Shown: one piece after another, positions 45,661 to 54,623 of the stretch
Layout of the letters: every line of letters begins with the position of its first letter
How positions within the stretch are numbered: position 1 is the first letter of the stretch
Assembly (NCBI GenBank): GCA_030603345.1
Contig: JAUVXZ010000001.1
Span: forward strand, 1-55,885
DNA length: 55,885 nt
Origin: Pseudomonadota bacterium
GTDB lineage: Bacteria > Desulfobacterota > DSM-4660 > Desulfatiglandales > B25-G16
Direction of reading: 5' to 3'
The notes under the pieces: model-generated
The model's input: the letters and a program-made list of their open reading frames with translations, nothing else
The model's database searches: none
What the model was told of the DNA's origin: nothing
Program-made: the position numbers and the translations under genes

Positions 45661-48387
45661 CTACTCTTTGTCCAGAACCTCTCTTATCTTATCAGACAGT
45701 TCTTTCATTCTAAAAGGTTTCTGGATAAAGCCGTTGCAACCGCGTTCCAGAATCTCAGTTGCCTGTCCATTAATGCTGTAACCAGTTGAAAGAAGGACTT
45801 TTACCTCTGGGTTGATTGTTTTTATCCTGTCATAGGTCTCACCCCCACCTACACCTGGCATAATCATATCAAGGATCACAAGGTTGATCAGATCCCTATG
45901 CTTTTCGTAAATCTCTATTGCCTCTTGTCCACTCTTGGCTTTCATGACCTTGTGTCCCATTTTTTCCAGAATCTGTGTGCCAACATCGAGAATCATATCT
46001 TCATCATCCACGAGAAGAACAGTTTCTTTGCCCGGTACAAACTTATCAAACCCTCTGGTTTCTTTCATTGCTTGCCTTTTTGAGGCTGGCAGATAAAGAC
46101 TAAAGGTAGTACCCTTACCCTTTTTGCTCGAGACAGAAATGGTACCACCATGGCTTTTTACGATCCCGTAAACAGAGGCCAATCCGAGGCCGGTGCCTCT
46201 GCTCATACCCTTAGTGGTAAAAAAGGGATCAAAGATGCGTCCTACGGTCTTTTTATCCATACCTGTGCCTGTATCGGTAAGGGTTAGTAGCACATAGTCC
46301 CCAGGCTTTACCTTGGAGGGTTTACCTGTAATATCCTTATGGGTGACATTCATGGTTTCCAGGAAGAGGTCTCCACCTGCGGGCATGGCATCTGCGGCAT
46401 TTACATACAGGTTCCACAGAATCTGCACAATCTGCCCCTGGTCTGCCTCAATTGCAAATAGGTCTTTGGCAAGCTTCTGATGAACTTTGATCTCCTTTTT
46501 GGTCAGGCCAAAGGTGTCAGAGGTTTCTTTCACCAATCGATTCAGACTCGCGGGCCTGATCTCATATCTTCCCTCCCTGGCATACCCAAGGAGTTGCTTG
46601 GTGAGTTTGGACCCGTTTTGAACCATTTTTTCAATATTCATAAGCCTATCATAATTCGGATCATTAGGATCAATGTCCAGCAGGATTAAGGAGGCATTTG
46701 CCTGGATACCCATGAGAAGGTTGTTAAAGTTATGGGCAATGCCGCCGGCCAAAGTGCCAAGAGCTTCCATTTTTTGCGCCTGTTGAAGTTGTGCTTCGAG
46801 CCGTTTTTGGTCAGACATATCGAGGAATGCTGTAAGTACAAATTCTTCGCCTGTGATCCGAATGAGTTTAGCGAACATGATTACGTTGAGAATAGAGCCG
46901 TCCTTGGCTTCGGGCTGGATCTCCAATCCGTCAAGTTCCCCTGATACCTGAAGCTCTTTTAGAAACGCGTCCCTCTCGCCCTCAGAGAAAAAGCGCAATT
47001 CCGGAAGGCTTTTTCCGAGGACCTTTTTTCGCGCGTATTGGGTCAGTTCACAGAACTTGTCGTTGACCTCAATTAATCTGCCTGTCTTCCCGTCGGTAAC
47101 AGCAATAGCCTGAGGAGAAAGGTCGAACAGATTCCGGAATTTGGTTTCACTTTCCTGAAGCGCCTCCTCTGCGTGTTTGCGCTCTGTCATGTCGTGAGTA
47201 ATGACTACGGCGTGGGTCACCTCTGATTTGTTCTTATAGTAAGGGTAATAGCTCACGTCGTAATATTTCTGCTTTTTTCCAGCAAATTCAAACCACTTTT
47301 GGTCATGGATCTCGTTGCCGGCAAAGCACTTATCTAAATAGGGCTTAATGACTCTTTTGAACCTCTTTTCTCCCCAGATTTGCGCCACGGTCTTACCAAG
47401 GGCTTGTTCTCGCGTTTTGTTATGGGCGAGGCAATACGCTTCATTCACAGCCTCGTAGGTATAGTCTCTGTTGATGAGGGTCATAAATTGTTTGGAGGTA
47501 TTCACAATAAACTCATATTTGCGCAACATTTCTAGCAGGGTCTTTCGGTCGCTAATATTGCGGATGATACCCTGGTATCCGAGAATGCTCCCACCATTCG
47601 CTTGCCGCACAGTCGCAGTGAGCACACAATCCATCTCTGTTCCATCTTTCTTGCGAAGTTTAACTTCAAAATCTTTCACCGAACCGTTTTTTTCTATCTC
47701 TTCCTGGAATCTGGTTCGGTCGGCGGGATTAACGTATATGTCTTGGGCTTTCAATTTTGTTAACTCTTCTCTACTACAGCCAAAAAGATCCAAGAAAGAT
47801 TGATTGACTTCAACATGTTTGCCTTCTCGGGTGGTGATATAGATAGCATCTTCGGACTGCTCAAAGAGATTTCGGTAGCGTTCTTCGCTCTCGCGCAAGG
47901 CACTTTCCCCGCGCTTGCGCATGGTGATGTCCGTTACAGTCCCGAGGATAGTATGCTCTCCACGGTATGTTACCAATCTTGAGGTAAGCAGTACCTCAAC
48001 TCTCTTGCCCTCTTTCGTGATAAGTGCATATTCATATGCAGGGAGCTCTTCGCCTCTCATGTGCCTGTTGAAATTTGCCTTGAGGAGGTCTCTATATTCC
48101 GGTGCGATCAAGGTAAGGAAGTCGAAATCAGGGAAGTAAAACTCCTCCTTGGCATACCCCGTAATCTCTGCAGCTTTGTCATTGGCATACACGACCTTGC
48201 CCTTCATGTTGATAAAAATCATGTTTGGTGAATGTTCTGCAAGGGTCCTGAATTTCTCCTCTGATTCTCTCAACATTTCTTCTGCCTGCTTGTGCTCGGG
48301 GGCCCCTGCTTCTAAATCGGTAACCCGCTGGCGCAGAGTAATCAATTCATCTATGAGTTGCTCTTTTGTCCTATCTTTATCTTTCAT
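45661..48387 (-). CDS. Hybrid sensor histidine kinase: coiled-coil - about four PAS/PAC modules - HisKA - HATPase_c - REC
   Basis: 908 aa with repeated PAS-like units. The H-box is GIAHNFNNLLMGIQ, the N-box NLYVNAADAM and the G-boxes DTGTGMD/GTGLGLA. REC motifs are LLVDDEDMILD...ILDMIMPGVGG. Confidence 0.9.
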   Translation of the reverse strand: MKDKDRTKEQLIDELITLRQRVTDLEAGAPEHKQAEEMLRESEEKFRTLAEHSPNMIFINMKGKVVYANDKAAEITGYAKEEFYFPDFDFLTLIAPEYRDLLKANFNRHMRGEELPAYEYALITKEGKRVEVLLTSRLVTYRGEHTILGTVTDITMRKRGESALRESEERYRNLFEQSEDAIYITTREGKHVEVNQSFLDLFGCSREELTKLKAQDIYVNPADRTRFQEEIEKNGSVKDFEVKLRKKDGTEMDCVLTATVRQANGGSILGYQGIIRNISDRKTLLEMLRKYEFIVNTSKQFMTLINRDYTYEAVNEAYCLAHNKTREQALGKTVAQIWGEKRFKRVIKPYLDKCFAGNEIHDQKWFEFAGKKQKYYDVSYYPYYKNKSEVTHAVVITHDMTERKHAEEALQESETKFRNLFDLSPQAIAVTDGKTGRLIEVNDKFCELTQYARKKVLGKSLPELRFFSEGERDAFLKELQVSGELDGLEIQPEAKDGSILNVIMFAKLIRITGEEFVLTAFLDMSDQKRLEAQLQQAQKMEALGTLAGGIAHNFNNLLMGIQANASLILLDIDPNDPNYDRLMNIEKMVQNGSKLTKQLLGYAREGRYEIRPASLNRLVKETSDTFGLTKKEIKVHQKLAKDLFAIEADQGQIVQILWNLYVNAADAMPAGGDLFLETMNVTHKDITGKPSKVKPGDYVLLTLTDTGTGMDKKTVGRIFDPFFTTKGMSRGTGLGLASVYGIVKSHGGTISVSSKKGKGTTFSLYLPASKRQAMKETRGFDKFVPGKETVLLVDDEDMILDVGTQILEKMGHKVMKAKSGQEAIEIYEKHRDLINLVILDMIMPGVGGGETYDRIKTINPEVKVLLSTGYSINGQATEILERGCNGFIQKPFRMKELSDKIREVLDKE

Positions 48388-48656
48388 CTTTTACCCTGTA
48401 TGAGGATGCGAGACTATGTGGCATTTATTGAACTGTCAAAACCGATACAGACTTGATTTCTTATTTGGTAAATATAAGCTAAAGTTGATTGTGTGTCAAA
48501 GGAAAAGAAACCACAAGATATGGTGGTATCTGCTGAAATATGGTGTGCAAGACCGATAAAAAGATACCAACGGGGGGGGAATGCAATCGTGATAGTGGAT
48601 GAGATGGGGTCGTAAGCAAGGGACAGTGGCAAACAGATCCTCCTGCACCTGCTCAC

Positions 48657-48715
48657 CCATTATTCCAGAACTCCGGTATTCCAATACTCCAATTGGGGCG
48701 AAGTCCCAAAGTTCT
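48657..48715. repeat. Family G repeat, short copy 2
   Basis: CCATTATTCC...GGTATTCCAATACTCCAATTGG matches both arms of the palindromic element at 3801-3952. Confidence 0.6.
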
Positions 48716-49483
48716 AATGGTGTCTCTTAAGAAAATCCAAGGCAAGCCGGGTGTATTCCTTAGGTTGTTCCTCATGGGTATTGTGACCACAGCTTGGAAG
48801 TATTGCAAGTTCTCCCTTGGGTAAGTGATGATAAAACGCAACAGCCTGGTCAACGTCAAAGAGAAAACTCCTGTCCGGATACAGCACAAGAGTAGGACAC
48901 GCTGCCGATGGTAGCAAACCTCTCAAGTCAAAGATCCCTTTGCCATAAGCGCCGCCATATTTGCGGCATTGATTATAAAGTGGTTCAGCATGGTCCTTTC
49001 CATGCCAAGCAATAAATTTTTTCTGAGGTCTGGCTCCAGATCTCGAAATGGTTTTGGAAATTTTTGCCGGTTGAATTCGGCCATAGTCATGGTGCTGAAG
49101 CACTGAGTGCTTGAAACAGCCATAGTCTTAACGTGGTGAGGATATTTGACCGCATATTCTATTCCGATTACTCCTCCTTCACACTGCCCCATGATATGAA
49201 AAGAATCAATATGGAGAAAATCTCTGAGTGTGGCCAGCTCTTTCACGCTCTCAGAGCGAAATTGATCTCCTTCATAAAATCCTTGGAAATCAGTGCCCTT
49301 TTCAGACTGCCCATATCCTCTTCTATCATACATAACTACCCTGTAGCCCTTTTCCACCAGAGGTGGATATATATCGTGCCACATTTTGGTGCAGCCAAAA
49401 CCATGGTGGAGAAGCACGATAGTATCACCATCGCCATGAGTTTCGTAATAGATGTCTATCTCATTTATATTTGTGAAAGGCAT
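48714..49483 (-). pseudogene. Alpha/beta-fold hydrolase split over two frames (frameshift near the A6/T6 run at 49017-49022); nucleophile elbow carries Cys
   Basis: Frame 1 (48923-49483) gives the N-terminal half, with HHGFGC and the elbow MGQCEGG. Frame 2 (48714-49103) gives the C-terminal half, with PTLVLYPDRS and CGHNTHEEQP. The junction ...FRDLEPDLRK|KFIAWHG... falls on CAGAAAAAATTT. Confidence 0.7.
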
Positions 49484-49495
49484 TTGTTTTCCCTT

Positions 49496-50842
49496 CTACG
49501 CGGTCTCTGACAAAATACTATGGGCTGGGTTTTTCGGCGTTGACCCCCCGTTTTCTATTAAGGCCTTAACTGGTTCGAGGCCGTAGGGCGTACCCTCCTC
49601 AATGGCTTTGAGCACTGTCCCACCTCCGGTAAAAAAGAAATATTGGGCGCTATCCATAGCGGCCAGGTACAATCCGGGGCTGAGGTTCTTGAATTCCTGG
49701 AGGGTGTCCCCCCCGCCATAGAACTTTTGGGCTCGCCTGTTCTGGTCGATAGTGCGGTCCAATTTTTCCGACCCTTCGTAAAAATGCGGAGTGAGGCCCA
49801 TAACCGCATTGACAAAAATGGTTTTGGCCGAGCCAATAACCTCTGCCACCCCTGTTGCGTCGAATGATTCGGGTGGCACATCCAAGAAATAACCGAACTG
49901 ATCTCCTTTCTTGAAGTCCTCTATGCTGCGGGTGCGGTACTTGCCTTCCACCCGACCCTCTATGGTATCCGACTCGACCAGAAAAGGTAATTCGATCACC
50001 TTCTTGGCTACCTTGTCCAGCTTCACCAGATCCTTGGCTGCCTGGATGTCGGTTTCGCTTACCCCGCGCACGTGAATATCGTGTTTGGCGCACAGAAAGG
50101 TATTGTAAATAATTCCCCCCAGTATCAGGTGATCAACCTTTTTGTAGATTTGGTAGAGCGGGCCGATCTTGGTGTCATATTTGGCCCCGGCTACAACGGC
50201 GACAAAAGGCCGATCGGGTTCCAGCACGTGCTTCAGGTTGCCGAGTTCCTTCTGGAGAAGGAAACCGGCAAAGCTCGGCAGATGCTTGGTCACGTCAACC
50301 GTTGAGACATGAGCTTGCCACGAGCCGAAGGCGTCATTGACAAAGACATCTGCCAGGCCAGCCAGTTGCACGGCAAAGCGCTCTCGCTTCTCACCAGTGG
50401 CCTCCTCACCCTCGAACCAGCGCGTATTGGGCAGGTAGATGCCCCCCACCCGGTGTGCTAGGAGGTCCCTAATACACCAGTTGATGGAGGTGTCGATCTC
50501 TCTGATGCCCCATTCTGGATGGACTGGAAACTGGGGTACCACAAACCTGGTGTGCAATTTACGTTCAAGATAATCAACAACTGGATGGACCGAGGTGTCA
50601 TCGTCCACTTCAATGTGGCTGGTCTCTTTGTCTCGTGTTCGGCCCACGTGAGTCATGAGGATGAGCCGGCCTCCTCGCTCCACGATGTTGTAAAGAGTCC
50701 CCAGGGTGGCATCGATCCGGTAGGGATCGCGGATTTCACCCTTCTTGACGACGTTGTGGTCCACTCTGACCAGGACAAGCTTATCCTTTAGGTCAGCATT
50801 TTGTATGAGAGGTAAACGGGGGTCTAAGTCGAGTTCGCTCAT
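49496..50842 (-). CDS. Divergent phosphoglycerate kinase-family protein (448 aa)
   Basis: PGK motifs are present in order: VRVDHNV, THVGR, NTRW, VNDAFG, AGAKYDTKIG, GGGDT, TGGG. Some substrate-site residues are non-canonical and there are extra insertions (see findings). Confidence 0.8.
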   Translation of the reverse strand: MSELDLDPRLPLIQNADLKDKLVLVRVDHNVVKKGEIRDPYRIDATLGTLYNIVERGGRLILMTHVGRTRDKETSHIEVDDDTSVHPVVDYLERKLHTRFVVPQFPVHPEWGIREIDTSINWCIRDLLAHRVGGIYLPNTRWFEGEEATGEKRERFAVQLAGLADVFVNDAFGSWQAHVSTVDVTKHLPSFAGFLLQKELGNLKHVLEPDRPFVAVVAGAKYDTKIGPLYQIYKKVDHLILGGIIYNTFLCAKHDIHVRGVSETDIQAAKDLVKLDKVAKKVIELPFLVESDTIEGRVEGKYRTRSIEDFKKGDQFGYFLDVPPESFDATGVAEVIGSAKTIFVNAVMGLTPHFYEGSEKLDRTIDQNRRAQKFYGGGDTLQEFKNLSPGLYLAAMDSAQYFFFTGGGTVLKAIEEGTPYGLEPVKALIENGGSTPKNPAHSILSETA

Positions 50843-51052
50843 GGTGGAGCTCCTTATTGGTTAAGAACGTCTCAGGTTAGTGCATGTTTCTTCGCATCAG
50901 TCGGCAAGAGACTTCTTATCTCTGTACCATAGAATCTGCAAATATCCTGCCACAATTACCATGATGTCATAATATGTTATATCAAATTACCATACTGCTG
51001 TCTGAGCTGTCCAGATCAGAAAGCAGAAAGCCCATGGTAACGTCAAGGTCCA

Positions 51053-51231
51053 GGGTATGGGTATCTTTTTTTTGGTTATGCCCTATAACATGGCCTCTTA
51101 CTGGGTCGGTTCAAAATGGTTTATTGCGCCCTAAGCCTTAGAATCATAGGCTCCATCTATATAAACCATTTTGAAACTCCCACTGATCTAAACTATGTGG
51201 GGCATAATCCAAAAAAAAGACACCCATACCC
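51053..51231 (+). mobile_element. Family B element copy 1 (intact, 179 bp)
   Basis: TIRs are GGGTATGGGTATCTTTTTTTTGGTTATGCCC / GGGGCATAATCCAAAAAAAAGACACCCATACCC. It serves as the empty-site comparator for the nested insertions at 18494-18938. Confidence 0.85.
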
Positions 51232-51508
51232 TGCGATAAGCTTAAGAATCAATAGGTTAGGTTTCACTATGAAGTGACCCTAGCAGAAACCCCGGGAACA
51301 TATCGAAGTGCCGTAGTTTCCTCCCCATGAAAAATTGCTTGCACTGAGGCGTACAAAAGCCTATTATACAAATCTTTAGGTGGCTCTTTTAGCTCAAGTG
51401 TGCGGGTGATTGCCTGGGCTAGGCTAGCCAGCACTGTTTTCAGAATGCTGTTCATTGACGTGCATAGCTTAGGAAAGTCGCTAAGTTTACCTTAACGGAG
51501 AGTAACTT

Positions 51509-54364
51509 ATGAAGAAGAAACTAATTATCGGGTTTGGGCTTATCGTTGTTATTTTCCTGTGGTTGGTGGTTGCCATATATCCTGATTGGCTCTGGTTCGA
51601 AAATCTAAACTTTTCATCTATCTTCTGGACCATGCTTTTGAGCAAGGTCGGGTTTGGTTTGGCGATGTGGCTAACCTTTCTCCTTATCCTGCTCGTTAAC
51701 CTCTATGTAGCTCGACGCTTAAACCCAGGCCATGGGACAGGGATAAACTTTGGAGCTGAAGGTGGTTATCTTTCCCAACTTGGCCTCTCTGACAAGGTCT
51801 CAAATGTTATTTTTATAGCTCTTGTTCTGGTTATCAGTTTTGTTATTGCTTCAAAGGCCTTTCAACAATGGGACCTTGCCCTGCGCTATTTTTATCAAGT
51901 ACCTTTTGGGCGCACCGACCCCATTTTTGAGCGGGACATCGGTTTCTATGTTTTTTCTCTTCCCTTTTACCTTTTGGTACAAAACAGGCTCTTAGTTTTT
52001 CTCATTTTATCTGTTCTCCTAACCCTGGGTTGGTATCTGAAAAAGGGTGGGCTTCATGTAATTGGTGACTTTGCTCCAGAGGAAGGAAAGCCACTCTCAA
52101 TGCCTAAAATCACCATCGGACAAAAAGCTAGGAAACACCTTATTTTCCTGGGAGGAATCGCTGTTCTCCTCTTGGCCTGGGGCTATCATCTAAAAGTCTA
52201 CAAACTTCTCTATTCTACCCAAGGACCTGCTTTCGGTGCTAGCTATACGGATCTCACCATTAAGGTCTTTGGCTACAAGGCTTTGATCATTTTCTCCCTC
52301 GGTTTGGCCGTGGTCCTTTTTTATAGCGCCTTTAAACCTCGGATAAAATTGATCTGGGTAAGCGCTGCAATCTGGTTAGGGGCTGTATTGGTTTTTGCAA
52401 CTTTCCTTCCCAGCCTGGTGCAACAATTTGTGGTGAAGCCCAATGAATTAGACAAGGAATCGCCCTACATAGCTTATAATATCGAAAATACCCGCGAGGC
52501 CTATAATCTGAGCAAGATAAAAGAAGTAGACTTTCCGGTTAGTGATAAACTAACCACAGAAGACATTGAGAAGCACAATGTAACTATTGAAAATATTAGA
52601 ATCTGGGACCACCGTCCTTTACTTCAAACCTACAGGCAGATCCAAGCTATACGGCTCTATTACGATTTCAACAACGTAGATGTAGATCGTTATGTCATTA
52701 ACAACCGGCTCCGGCAAGTCATGCTCGCTGCCCGAGAGTTGGTAGTAGACCAACTTCCTCCCCAGGCAAATACGTGGGTTAATAGACATCTGATTTATAC
52801 CCATGGCTACGGATTGGCCCTAAGCCCGGTAAACGAAGTGACCAAAGAAGGACTTCCCCGGCTCCTAGTCAAAGACCTCCCTCCTTCCTTTCCTGCTGAC
52901 CTGAAGGTAGAGCGTCCGGAGATTTACTATGGGGAAAAAACCCATGAATATGTTCTCGTAAAGACTAAAACAGATGAATTTGATTACCCCAAGGGGGACA
53001 AGAATGTCTACACTGTTTATCAGGGACGGGGAGGGGTTCTTATCAAGTCATTTGCTCGAAGGCTTTTGTTTGCCCTTGAATTTTTCGATCCCCAGATACT
53101 ATTTACCACGTATTTGAGCCCGGAGAGCAGAATAATGTATAACCGCCGGATCGGTACGCGGGTACGCACAATTGCCCCATTGCTCGATTATGACTCTGAT
53201 CCGTACCTGGTTATTTCTGAAGGAAAGCTCTATTGGGTTCAAGATGCCTATACGACATCTAATATGTATCCCTATTCTCGCCGATCGCGCAGCCTTCTTG
53301 ACAAAAAAAGGCTCAACTATATTCGGAATTCAGTCAAGGTAACTATAGATGCCTATAATGGGCGTGTATCCTTTTATATGGTTGATGAAACTGATCCTAT
53401 CGCTCGAACTTACGCCCGCATATTCCCCGATCTATTCAAGCCCTTTAGTGAAATGCCTGCCGGTTTGAAAAAGCATATCCGGTATCCCAAAGATCTCTTC
53501 AAGATCCAGGCAGGTACGTATAAAACATATCACATGGAAGATGCTCAGGTCTTTTACAACCAGGAGGACCTCTGGCAAACCCCTGATGAGGTTTATGGTG
53601 ATAGCCGCCAAGAAATGGAACCCTATTACGTCATTATGAAACTCCCCGAAGAAGAGAAAGAAGAGTTTCTTTTGATGCTCCCTTTTACTCCTTCTAAAAA
53701 GGATAATATGATAAGTTGGCTGGCAGCCAGAAGTGACCTGCCTAACTACGGAAGTCTGTTGGTCTATAAGCTACCCAAGGACAAACTGGTCTACGGGCCC
53801 ATGCAGATTGAAGCCAGAGTCGATCAGCAGACGGAGATTTCCCGGGAGTTGAGCTTGTGGGGTCAGAGAGGTTCCAGAGTTATCAGAGGCAATCTTCTCG
53901 CCATTCCTATTAGTGACTCATTTATTTATGTGGAACCAGTTTACCTGGAAGCAAAGCAAGAAGAAGATGTGTCCCCAACAGCATCACCTCAACCCAGAGG
54001 CTTTGGGAGTTCCCAAAAAAGGGGAGCTCCTGGTTCCGCAGCAGTGGATAGATCAAAAGCCGCTTCGTTGCCGGAACTAAAAAGGGTTATTGTTGCTTTT
54101 GGCAATCGCCTCAGAATGGACGATGATCTCAAAAAGGCCCTGAACGGCGTCTTGGAAGATGCCGTTGCCAAAAAGGAACCTGTTTCACCGCTTGTTCCAG
54201 AAACGTTGAATATTCATAGTCTTGGCAGCTTGGCCTTGAAACATTATAATGAAGCAATAAATCACGTGCGCCAGGGGAACTGGGCTGAGTACGGGAAGGC
54301 ATTAGAAAATCTGGAGGGAGTCCTCAAAGAAATCTCCAGGATGACGAAAGAGAAGAAACAATAG
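51509..54364 (+). CDS. UPF0182-family large membrane protein
   Basis: 951 aa with an N-terminal polytopic region (YPDWLWFENLNF motif) and a large soluble C-terminal part, typical of UPF0182/COG1615. Confidence 0.85.
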   Translation: MKKKLIIGFGLIVVIFLWLVVAIYPDWLWFENLNFSSIFWTMLLSKVGFGLAMWLTFLLILLVNLYVARRLNPGHGTGINFGAEGGYLSQLGLSDKVSNVIFIALVLVISFVIASKAFQQWDLALRYFYQVPFGRTDPIFERDIGFYVFSLPFYLLVQNRLLVFLILSVLLTLGWYLKKGGLHVIGDFAPEEGKPLSMPKITIGQKARKHLIFLGGIAVLLLAWGYHLKVYKLLYSTQGPAFGASYTDLTIKVFGYKALIIFSLGLAVVLFYSAFKPRIKLIWVSAAIWLGAVLVFATFLPSLVQQFVVKPNELDKESPYIAYNIENTREAYNLSKIKEVDFPVSDKLTTEDIEKHNVTIENIRIWDHRPLLQTYRQIQAIRLYYDFNNVDVDRYVINNRLRQVMLAARELVVDQLPPQANTWVNRHLIYTHGYGLALSPVNEVTKEGLPRLLVKDLPPSFPADLKVERPEIYYGEKTHEYVLVKTKTDEFDYPKGDKNVYTVYQGRGGVLIKSFARRLLFALEFFDPQILFTTYLSPESRIMYNRRIGTRVRTIAPLLDYDSDPYLVISEGKLYWVQDAYTTSNMYPYSRRSRSLLDKKRLNYIRNSVKVTIDAYNGRVSFYMVDETDPIARTYARIFPDLFKPFSEMPAGLKKHIRYPKDLFKIQAGTYKTYHMEDAQVFYNQEDLWQTPDEVYGDSRQEMEPYYVIMKLPEEEKEEFLLMLPFTPSKKDNMISWLAARSDLPNYGSLLVYKLPKDKLVYGPMQIEARVDQQTEISRELSLWGQRGSRVIRGNLLAIPISDSFIYVEPVYLEAKQEEDVSPTASPQPRGFGSSQKRGAPGSAAVDRSKAASLPELKRVIVAFGNRLRMDDDLKKALNGVLEDAVAKKEPVSPLVPETLNIHSLGSLALKHYNEAINHVRQGNWAEYGKALENLEGVLKEISRMTKEKKQ

Positions 54365-54623
54365 GCTTTCCGTCATACCTGCAGCCACCCTGCTTTGGGA
54401 GAATTTTTGAGGTGTTGCTGCGAAACCTTTTTGATGGCTTCAACAGGTGGCATGTCCTGTAAGATCAGCCAGGCAACCCTTGCAAAGAACTAGTACAGCA
54501 TTTGAGTAAAACAATTACAAAAGATCGATAGCATTATTATGCAATATATAGAATTAAGAAATTCGAATATCAAATATCGAAAAGGGCGGTTAGGTCTTGA
54601 AGGAATTTGGGTAGGATGGAAGG

